Of a DNA stretch of 32,000 nucleotides, positions 23,780-32,000 are shown piece after piece. Where the stretch lies: positions 90,865 to 122,864 of the forward strand of contig MTSL01000174.1 in assembly GCA_002794465.1 (NCBI GenBank), read 5' to 3'. Under the pieces are notes generated by a model that had not been told where the DNA came from, did not search any database, and saw only the letters and a list, made by a program, of their open reading frames with translations. Numbering within the stretch: position 1 is the stretch's first letter; the number at the start of each line of letters is the position of its first letter. This stretch comes from Paramicrosporidium saccamoebae KSL3 (lineage: Eukaryota > Fungi > Cryptomycota). The position numbers were made by a program, and so were the translations under genes.

Positions 23780-25912
23780 TTACCAAAACAAGGTACTTGT
23801 AGTGGCGGTGGTGATCCCCTTGCTCTGTTTGCGTCGTTCTTCCACCCACTCTTTGACACCTTCATTGGTAAAATCATCGGGGAGGATTTTAAACGTCTTC
23901 CACATCCAATTCAAAAAGTCATACTGTCCCGGACTCAAATGCCTTGCTGCCTCATTAGCCATCTCCACGGTGCGCACTAATAATGGATTGGCTGCGTCCA
24001 TCGCTATCAGAATACCGAATTGAAAATGCTCTATGGCCAATTTTACAGTGTCCGTATATATAGACAGTCCTTGCTCAAGCAGCCACCGGAACACTTGCAC
24101 GTGGCCTGACCTTATGGCGTTTGGCATCATTGTTGGGCTAATCTCGGTGATAATGTTCATTAATGCAATCTTTTTGAGGACTTGTAGCATTGTTTCATCA
24201 GAGGAATTGGTGTACAATAAATAAGGATCGCTCAGACTTGGTAGTGCATCTTTGAAAAAGTTTTGCATTATCCATCCAATTTCCTCCCGTTCATCGTGCA
24301 TGATGGCGTAGAAGATGCATGTTGATGCGTTAATGGCGATTGATGGAAATTGTGAATGTTTTGTAGACTCTCCTTGGGTGTTTTTGACTCTAAAAAACCA
24401 GCGCAAGACTGAAAAATGGCCTCTTTCACAGGCCTCTTCCACGCGACTAGCATATGGAAGAATTTCAAACTTTTCGAAAACCCATTGGAGAACATTAGTG
24501 TGCCCGTTACTGGCTGCAGCATCTGCTATATCTTTTGTTGGAAAACTGAATCTTTGTGAGGAACACTTAATCTTTAACTGCTCCAATTTACCCTCCGCTG
24601 CCAATAACACAAGGGCTACCACAAACGACAGCTCAATGTTAGCAGTATCCCGAAGATAACTGATTGTCTCTTGAGATTTGGGAAATTGGTAGAATCCATT
24701 ATTAATCGCGTAGCTCCAATCAACCTCATGTCTAAACTGTGAGAAAATCCACTCGACGACATCCAAATGGCCTGATCTGACAGCCTCACAGATTGAGCCT
24801 GCTGATGGACATTTCATTTTCTTTTGTTCGTGCAAAAATTTTAATGCATCAAGACTACCATACCTGATAGCATAATCACAGAATTCCTCATGGTCGTCCA
24901 TAAGAGTAGGGATTTTCTGAAACACATCCTTAAACAGCGGTATGAAGTTATACATGAAAAGCCCTTCTTTACACTTGAGATTAAATGTTGTCAAGCCATT
25001 TTCTGAGCAAAGGCAAGCATTTGGGATACCATAATAGCCAACATGGAGGAGGTATTGAAGCACTTTGACAGACTTTACAGCATAGGGGGTAACGTGGCTG
25101 GTGTCAAGGTGCAAGTTTGGGATAGAATCGATGATGTGGTCAATTATGCGGGCTGACCCGTGCTGAATTACTAAATTGACGTCTTCTGCAATCTCTCTGG
25201 TCAATTCAAGGTGGAAACAGGTGAGAATAGTGAACGCGTCAAATGTAGTAATATACTCGCATAACCTGTCTCTGGGTAGCCCCACAAGGGCCTCTCTATG
25301 GCGCACCACATTATACAATTCCGCATTATCGGCCTTGAAGATCATTGGAAAGTATTTGCTCCACTCAAATTCTTGTTGATCCCAAATAGTCTGGTCACAG
25401 GCTGGAGTCCCATAGATTCTGGCCCAAAACAAATGTCGCTGTTCCTGATACTTCCAAGCCGGGAAGCGTGAGATGCACTGCAGAATCCCATAGTGACCAT
25501 TATTGAGCATTTGCGGCACTGTGTTTGTGGTATCCTCGCCAGTATGGCACCAAGTTACCACAGCTATAACCCAACGGAGCTGTTCACAGAACTGAGAAGG
25601 GTCCTTGTTCCCCCTATCAATCTCAATACTATTAAGCAGTGCCGATCGGAGTGCAAAAGTGTCCAAGGTGCGATAATCAGAGGTCAAACCGTCAACCTGA
25701 GCAACGACATTTGTTGTACCCAGTGTGACAGCACTGGTTTCATCCTCAGGAAGCAGAGTGAGGCTAAGGTCTCCAACGCTCAAAGCCAGCGTGCCAAGGC
25801 CTGAGTCGTCCTTAAAACTGGTCGAAGCAGAGGTGGTTTCCCGGCTCAGGAGTAGCACTACCGAAACTGCTGTAGACCACAAGATGTGACAAACCACACC
25901 AGAGAGCCTCAT
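23780..25912 (-). CDS. Putative secreted protein with degenerate short-period ankyrin-like repeats, 710 aa
   Basis: N-terminal hydrophobic leader (MRLSGVVCHILWSTAVSVVLLLS); repeated A-x-x-x-G-[HS]-x-x-[VA]-[LVF]-x-[WF] units: YAIRYGSLDALKFL, EAVRSGHLDVVEWI, AAASNGHTNVLQWV, EACERGHFSVLRWF, NAIRSGHVQVFRWL. Confidence 0.75.
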   Translation of the reverse strand: MRLSGVVCHILWSTAVSVVLLLSRETTSASTSFKDDSGLGTLALSVGDLSLTLLPEDETSAVTLGTTNVVAQVDGLTSDYRTLDTFALRSALLNSIEIDRGNKDPSQFCEQLRWVIAVVTWCHTGEDTTNTVPQMLNNGHYGILQCISRFPAWKYQEQRHLFWARIYGTPACDQTIWDQQEFEWSKYFPMIFKADNAELYNVVRHREALVGLPRDRLCEYITTFDAFTILTCFHLELTREIAEDVNLVIQHGSARIIDHIIDSIPNLHLDTSHVTPYAVKSVKVLQYLLHVGYYGIPNACLCSENGLTTFNLKCKEGLFMYNFIPLFKDVFQKIPTLMDDHEEFCDYAIRYGSLDALKFLHEQKKMKCPSAGSICEAVRSGHLDVVEWIFSQFRHEVDWSYAINNGFYQFPKSQETISYLRDTANIELSFVVALVLLAAEGKLEQLKIKCSSQRFSFPTKDIADAAASNGHTNVLQWVFEKFEILPYASRVEEACERGHFSVLRWFFRVKNTQGESTKHSQFPSIAINASTCIFYAIMHDEREEIGWIMQNFFKDALPSLSDPYLLYTNSSDETMLQVLKKIALMNIITEISPTMMPNAIRSGHVQVFRWLLEQGLSIYTDTVKLAIEHFQFGILIAMDAANPLLVRTVEMANEAARHLSPGQYDFLNWMWKTFKILPDDFTNEGVKEWVEERRKQSKGITTATTSTLFW

Positions 25913-26485
25913 CGTACGGCTGCGAATTTTAGATTTGATAAATTAAATCTTGGTGAACTCTTCAATTATAATTGGACGTGTTGATCGATTCATCTGGGTG
26001 TAAGGACCATTGGTCGGGCAGTGATGATAAAGTTTATAGTAAAAATATTTTAGTTAGTCCCTGCCATAATTGAGAGTTTAAACGTAACCGCTGATATGTG
26101 TGACATGGAGGATTGATTAGTTGGGTATCCGTGCTATTACAGGATTAGCAGTAAACATGTCGCGTAGTGGGGATAATACCACAGACGGGAAGGGGGGTTG
26201 TTCACCGCTAATTCTAGAATAGTATGGATACACATCCCACTGTCTTCAAATACCCAGCAACTAATCAACCCTCTGCCTCTACCTCTACGTCACAATTGGG
26301 CACGAGAAGCCACAGAGCCGGCTTTGAAGTGTAATATCTTGCTTGCCACTGTTTTGAGGATAATTCCATATTTCAAGATGCACTTGGGCCGTGGTATCCT
26401 CCCTACTGCGCGAAAGATGTGATCCTACACAACAGCTAAAGTTGCTCTCGTAATTTCCGCCATTTGTAGCATCCAGTGAATCTGC

Positions 26486-29400
26486 TTATGGTAATTTGTC
26501 TAGCGATGAGACGGCGCGCCCGGATATCTCTATCTTTGGGAGACTGCCATCAACGGGCTCATTCACTAGTGCATCATTTACACAGCTCCACAGCCGACTG
26601 AACGGATCACCTGGCACTGCAAATTTCCATTTCATGGGCCGACTCTCCGCGCTCTTCTCGACGAGCTGCTGGGCTGCGGCCACGGACTGTCCGTAGACGG
26701 CGGCTATGATATATTCAGTCTCTCCCAATCCAAAGCCTCCATGTCCACGATTATTGACTGGCTGAAAGATCTTTAGCGGGGCCTTTATCGAGTCAAAGAC
26801 CTGCTTTGCGAGATTGAATGGAGTTTGGACATCAAAAAGCCCCTGGAGAAAATAGAATGCAGTCTTCTCCGTGGTAAGAGGTTCTGGTGAGCTCTTATTT
26901 CTCCCAGCCAGACAATATTTGCAGAATGGCAGCTGGTGGACATTGTCGACATAATAATAAGGATGGAGATGTGGCGGGTGGAGGGCGGAAGGCCCAATTG
27001 AGGGAACATAGTAGTCAGCATTGACAACCTTTTGCACAAATACGCTGAATGTGGGGTAGTCGATCTTATCTAGTTTGATAGCATCGATTAAAGGCTCGAG
27101 CACACGAGATGAGTACTTGTCAATATCAATGCAATCAATAGTTGCCTTTACCAATGGCAACAAAATTTGAACATTGGCATAAGATGCCCTTACCAATAGA
27201 GTGTCGATAACAAAGTCTTCAAGGCGAACTGCAATGTTTTGAACTCGCTCCTCTGCAGTACCCTCCAAGACGCCAAGCTTAGAATGCAGCATCTTGACGC
27301 ATTGGTTTGTTTCGGGGTCTCCAAGATGCTCGACCATCTTTGGAAAAGTATCCAGCACATCTGAGCCCATTTTGGAACGACAAAAAGGGTCCAACTTGCA
27401 ATGTTCCAAGATGTCTTGGATGTTGTGCTCTGCCGGGACACCCCTTAACGCTGGCATCCCTCCAACAACAACTGAATCAAATAAATTGGGCATTAGTCGA
27501 ACTGCTTCATGGGCCCAAAGCGCCCCATACGAGAATCCGTAGATGGACAAGCGAGCTGCTGGGTGGGTGCGTAGTATAGCCAGCCCTACCATTGCTATAT
27601 CTAGAGCAGCAGGTTCGAGTCGGAGGTCCTTTTCATCAAATTTTTTGTTGGCAAACGTATATTTGAGGTTCAAAGTTTCTGCTTCCCAAGAGTTGCGCAT
27701 CCTGGTAAACTGTCCTGACTCTCCAAGGCCGCGATGATCAACCAGATATGTGGCAACATCTCCTTTTGTCAGCTCAGAAATAGATAATGCATTTGGACGC
27801 TCGTCTACACCTGGCCCTCCAGGACCACCAGTCAAAAATATCAAATGTGCTCGTGGCTCCTGGTCTTGTTGTGTGTAGCGATAAATGGTCAGGATGAAAG
27901 ATCCCCCCTCGGGGTCTAGGTAATTGGATGGCACTTGGAGTTGCCCGCGCGTACAAATGTGGCCCTTTGAACAGTGTTTTTTGTCGCAATCAGACCAGGT
28001 GATATCAGTCAACATTGCCTCCAAGTCGAGGGGACTTTGTCGTGGTGCTCGCCCCGTCTTTAGTGCGTCGAGACCATTATTGCGTTCGTGTGGATCAGAA
28101 GACAGCTCGGGGGTTAGATGATTCGATGGGAATTGGAGATGCTTTCTACACTCTTTAGAGAAATTGGCTCTCAGCCAGGTGTATCGGAGGTACTCTCCTT
28201 TACTTAGACTTGCGCAAAACTCCCATGGTATATTGGCAATTATATCGGCAGCATTTTCGACATTTTCCAATGTGGCAAAGAGATGAATTCCTGCGCGCTT
28301 TTGATGACATACGGTGATGCCCTCGGTGACAAGTTGGGGGCCTAGAATACTATACAAGTTAACAGGGAGCGTCTTTGCTCTAACCATCAGTGCATGTGCG
28401 AGGAGAGGAATGGCTTCCAACAGGGTTCTCAAACATGCTTCGTCGATATCGTAACCAGGGAGGTCCAACATGCCAATGTCCTCTTGCTCACCAAATAGTT
28501 GATTTGCTATTGCAAGATCTATTTTTGGATATTGCAGCACATCCATCCACACGGACTGTGCAATCCGAGGTCTATCAGAAATGGCCAAGTTTCGAAAGTT
28601 TTGCGGTTCCAATTGCATCCATTGTAACACAATGCTATCGGGAATCTTTTTGAACGATGGTCCAATAATGCCTGTGGGTTTGCTTAAGGATCCCCTGATG
28701 CACTGGAGCGTGACATGTTGTATTACATCCTTAGCCAGAAGGTTCAAGCGAACCTCATTACAGACCATATTTTTGTCTAATTGTGCGCCAAATGAGGCTA
28801 ACTGATCCTTGGTAATTTTCTTGAGTAGCGCATCAGACAAGGGGCCGTCATAATGGGAAAATGCATCGGGGCCGAGGTTCTTGAATGCCCCATCCTCAGT
28901 GGTGTCAATATCAGCAAGACGCGCCACACACTTTGGAGGAATTATGACTTGGGGATATATACGGAAATAGTCTAGCTTCATTCGAGAACAAGCTTTCGGA
29001 TCCTCGATTGCAGCCTTTACTAGGTCATTTTGAAAGTTGTACGCACGCAAGCCTTTGGTTTTGAAAAGTACAAACAGATCAGCAGCACGCAATCTTAGCA
29101 CCTTGGGTGGGAAGTAATTGAAATTGGCCTTGTTTAAATTGCCCACTTCGATCAATTCATTTAGGTGAAGCCCCCAACACTCCATTGAAATTTGACCAAG
29201 GCCCTTGAACCTTTTGACGGCATGCAGAAAAACTGCACAGACTTTTGGATTCGTTGATACTTGCTCAGGCCTGATCCAATCAGTAAATTCAAGGGAAATG
29301 TCCTTTTCCAGATAGGAGTCGGATCGAAGAAATGAACCATAATCCTTTACACCGCAAGAGGCGCATAGTAATGTCCTCGCTCCGGTGACAGTCAGGCCAG

Positions 29401-30703
29401 AGAAGAATTTGCTTGGGTATTCACCTCTGCACTGTACCATTTGATTAGCAGTTTCGTGACAGCCGTCATTCAAAGGCTCAAGCAAGCTCTCGGTAGTGAA
29501 CTGGATATGAACAGACTTGAGGAAGCGAGGTGGGGCATGTTCTTTGATCAATTTCTGATCTTCTGGGGGTAGATCTAGTATGATGGTGGGCATTAGGGTA
29601 GTGTTGGGAGCGATTGTTTTGAGAAATTCTCGGTTTAAATTGTCCTTGCAGCCGAGGATATGCTTCCAGCAGCTGTAAGGGAGCGATCCGAGGTACATTG
29701 GGTTGAGATTTTGGACATCAGACGGATACTTTGATAGCCACTGCTCGAGAGTCTCTGGAAGAAATTGACTAATGTCTAGGGGCTTGGGGCCAGCATGAAA
29801 GTAACCATGTAGGCATCGTGCAGTGGCTCCACGATGGCCGTAGCGTGCAAATTCAAGATGGAGATTTTGGCAAATAATGTCGCCTTTCACTTTGCTGGCA
29901 TAGTTATGCAAATGATCCTCTAACAGGGCAGTAGTGACGCTTTTCGAAAGCGGTCCGTTGTAGTAACAGAGCGCCTCGGGGGAAGATATCAAGGAAAGCG
30001 AGGAGCCACACTCCATGGTGTCCAGATCTGTAATCTTGGAAATGCATTGGTTGCCCGGAATCACATTTAAATTGATCAGTTTCAATGCCATAGCAACGGT
30101 AAGCCCTTGACAATTATTTGGATTATTGAGCTCTAAATTATGTCTGCTTGGAAACAAGCTTTTCAGTTGTTTAGCGGTCAGGGCGTTGAGCAATTCTACA
30201 GGGCGCTTGGTGAACCAATCCACGGGAAGACTCTGGAGCACTCCTCGTGGATATTCGGGTTTGGCTATATTCTTGATGAATATGGATATGCACTTGTCGA
30301 CGGTAACTTTTGAATGTTCAAAAAGTTGATAATGGCTCACAAATAACGCACAGACATCAGGTCCCATAACTGACACGATTTCATCAGTCAGCGGGCCAAA
30401 TTTCACCATTTCTTTGTCGCTGTCAATAATAGTGGTGGGTTTTGTGTATTTATCATAGTTGGGGACGCCTAGAAGGATTTCAAATAGCGTCTTTGCTCCA
30501 TCAAGTGTTAGGTAGGTCGCAAGTTCTGGTGATAGTCTGAAATTGTCTGACAGTGACACTGACTTTTGTCTTTTGTTAAGGGAGCTTGATAAGCTTTGGA
30601 TGTCACTGTTTTCCGTGCCAGAACACGCAATAGGCAATATACAGAACAATAGAGAAAGAAAAATTCCCATGCTGCTCAACCTACCCATGGAGGAATCAGC
30701 CAA
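26486..30703 (-). CDS. Putative secreted 1405-aa protein: signal peptide + two ~370-aa Cys-containing repeats + C-terminal alpha/beta hydrolase (peptidase S33/TAP-like)
   Basis: Leader GIFLSLLFCILPIACSG; hydrolase motifs QLQVPSNYLDP, LIFLTGGPGGPG, LVDHRGLGES, nucleophile elbow GFSYG (Ser1058, codon 27532-27530), GLFDVQTP (Asp1291), RGHG (His1321); uninterrupted 4.2-kb ORF. Confidence 0.85.
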   Translation of the reverse strand: MADSSMGRLSSMGIFLSLLFCILPIACSGTENSDIQSLSSSLNKRQKSVSLSDNFRLSPELATYLTLDGAKTLFEILLGVPNYDKYTKPTTIIDSDKEMVKFGPLTDEIVSVMGPDVCALFVSHYQLFEHSKVTVDKCISIFIKNIAKPEYPRGVLQSLPVDWFTKRPVELLNALTAKQLKSLFPSRHNLELNNPNNCQGLTVAMALKLINLNVIPGNQCISKITDLDTMECGSSLSLISSPEALCYYNGPLSKSVTTALLEDHLHNYASKVKGDIICQNLHLEFARYGHRGATARCLHGYFHAGPKPLDISQFLPETLEQWLSKYPSDVQNLNPMYLGSLPYSCWKHILGCKDNLNREFLKTIAPNTTLMPTIILDLPPEDQKLIKEHAPPRFLKSVHIQFTTESLLEPLNDGCHETANQMVQCRGEYPSKFFSGLTVTGARTLLCASCGVKDYGSFLRSDSYLEKDISLEFTDWIRPEQVSTNPKVCAVFLHAVKRFKGLGQISMECWGLHLNELIEVGNLNKANFNYFPPKVLRLRAADLFVLFKTKGLRAYNFQNDLVKAAIEDPKACSRMKLDYFRIYPQVIIPPKCVARLADIDTTEDGAFKNLGPDAFSHYDGPLSDALLKKITKDQLASFGAQLDKNMVCNEVRLNLLAKDVIQHVTLQCIRGSLSKPTGIIGPSFKKIPDSIVLQWMQLEPQNFRNLAISDRPRIAQSVWMDVLQYPKIDLAIANQLFGEQEDIGMLDLPGYDIDEACLRTLLEAIPLLAHALMVRAKTLPVNLYSILGPQLVTEGITVCHQKRAGIHLFATLENVENAADIIANIPWEFCASLSKGEYLRYTWLRANFSKECRKHLQFPSNHLTPELSSDPHERNNGLDALKTGRAPRQSPLDLEAMLTDITWSDCDKKHCSKGHICTRGQLQVPSNYLDPEGGSFILTIYRYTQQDQEPRAHLIFLTGGPGGPGVDERPNALSISELTKGDVATYLVDHRGLGESGQFTRMRNSWEAETLNLKYTFANKKFDEKDLRLEPAALDIAMVGLAILRTHPAARLSIYGFSYGALWAHEAVRLMPNLFDSVVVGGMPALRGVPAEHNIQDILEHCKLDPFCRSKMGSDVLDTFPKMVEHLGDPETNQCVKMLHSKLGVLEGTAEERVQNIAVRLEDFVIDTLLVRASYANVQILLPLVKATIDCIDIDKYSSRVLEPLIDAIKLDKIDYPTFSVFVQKVVNADYYVPSIGPSALHPPHLHPYYYVDNVHQLPFCKYCLAGRNKSSPEPLTTEKTAFYFLQGLFDVQTPFNLAKQVFDSIKAPLKIFQPVNNRGHGGFGLGETEYIIAAVYGQSVAAAQQLVEKSAESRPMKWKFAVPGDPFSRLWSCVNDALVNEPVDGSLPKIEISGRAVSSLDKLP

Positions 30704-31371
30704 TTAATGCATTGTTTATAGACACTGGGAATTGAGATTGTGAGGTAGGGTGGATAGGTGGTTGTAGAAGGTGTATGGATTACTTTTAAATCGGCTGAAT
30801 TAGCAAGACTGACGTAATGAATCAGATGACGGCTTACAAAGTTGTAATAAGAGTTCCATTACCTCCCAAATAAAGAGCAGTGACAAAGTCCGCGGTACTA
30901 TCATCTCTACCACGCAACATGACAACAATGCTGTTTACTAATTAAAATATGGTCCTCTGAGACTAGTAATTGGCAGGTTTTTGTCAGATAGTTGAAAGAT
31001 TCGATGAAACGAGGCTGGCCCATTTTCAATAAAAGGGGGTGTAAAATGAAGGTACTCCCACTGCGAGATAATTGAAGGGCCCTCTGAGTGCTTTAAAGGG
31101 AACTCTAGTTGTGTAGTGATCCTTAATGTTTGCGCCTGTCCCTTACCCACTTTTTGGTATCAGAATCACTAAAATACACACGACTAGGCAGTATTTGGAA
31201 AGTCTTTTACATCCAATCTAAAATGCCGTACTTCCATACCTTCCGTGACATGTACGGCTCCTAATCATCCGTTACTATATTGGAGCATTTGCGCAAACGC
31301 CAAAATTCCCTTTTCAGGGAAATTTGCCAAGACACTAAATTTTGCCTTGTGAAGCCTCTAGAAAGCAAGAA

Positions 31372-32000
31372 TTACCGTAAATAAGTGTCTGTAAACCTAT
31401 ATTTATTGTTCGAATTCACTATAATTGGCGTTGAATCGACGCAACAGGGCTGCCAGCATGCGATTGTGTTTGCTGATCTCGTCAGTAAGCGCTCCAAGCC
31501 CTGAGTGTTTCTACGCGTCCTTTTTGGAGCGCCCCTCGTGGATGATTGTTCACTAAGAACAGAGGAAGGTTCTTCGAACATAGCTGACGATGGACCCTCT
31601 CCTAAGTCCGTGTTTTCGGAATCGTATTGTGGTTGGACCAATAGTGCTTTATGCTTCTTAATGCGATTATATTCTTTGGGATCTGCGTCAGTAAGCGAGA
31701 TGCAATCCTCAACTAGAGCACTGATTTCCGATAGAGGCTCTTGGATTCCGGATCGGTATAGGCTGCGAAGCCCATGGCGTTTGTGCGACTGTACGAGATC
31801 GTCATAGGCTCTTTGTACGTACCCGGCAAGACGCCATGTCAGGGTGGTGTACAGTGAAAGCGGTCTTGAAGAAGACTCAGTGTCATTTCCGCCTATACAC
31901 TGTATGGTGATGCTGGGTATCGGGGATTCACCGCCTCGAGTGCCCTCCTACAAACTACCAGGCTCGCGGCGGCCTCTCTGATGCGGAGCTGGGCTTTAAC
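31372..32000 (-). CDS. 3' part of a hypothetical gene entering from beyond the right edge; tentative intron 31900-31931
   Basis: Minus frame is stop-free from 31947 to 31372; a 32-nt phase-0 GT-AG intron (gtgaat...catacag) links it to a frame open to the window edge (VKAQLRIREAAASLVVCRRALEA|CIGGND...). No family recognised. Confidence 0.45.

Noticed and set aside
23748-23783. Possible terminal intron (gtaaga...actag) extending the ankyrin-like protein by a few residues
   Set aside because: Sequence-compatible, but there is no homology support and the unspliced stop with a downstream AATAAA is sufficient.
30938-31150. 70-aa minus-strand ORF and other short ORFs in the 25913-26485 and 30704-31371 spacers
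   Set aside because: No motifs, composition like intergenic DNA, lengths expected by chance.

Overview
Gene-dense eukaryotic (opisthokont-like) nuclear DNA; no prokaryotic operons, CRISPR arrays, rRNA, tRNA or recognisable transposons were seen. Manual splicing joins many of the listed ORF fragments into about 18 genes through 17 very short introns (28-40 nt; 16 GT-AG, one GC-AG), plus one tentative intron in a gene cut by the right edge. Recognisable genes: CK2 beta, Nup98-Nup96 precursor, Dap1/MAPR, COQ5, Trs33/TRAPPC6, FCF1, a CCHC zinc-knuckle protein, synaptobrevin, mitochondrial ferredoxin, propionyl-CoA carboxylase alpha, type III glutamine synthetase and ATP synthase alpha. Unrecognised or lineage-specific genes: a 1317-aa membrane-anchored protein, a small multi-pass membrane protein, a beta-propeller-like protein, a secreted ankyrin-like protein, and a 1405-aa secreted protein made of a ~370-aa tandem duplication fused to an S33-type hydrolase. 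Compaction, tiny introns and an aerobic mitochondrion suggest an early-diverging fungal relative such as a Rozellomycota/Paramicrosporidium-like organism (inference only). The most striking signals are three head-to-head gene pairs with only 41-60 nt between start codons, each carrying a CCAAT box on or next to one ATG and 38-49 nt upstream of the other, and the pair of adjacent putative secreted effectors.
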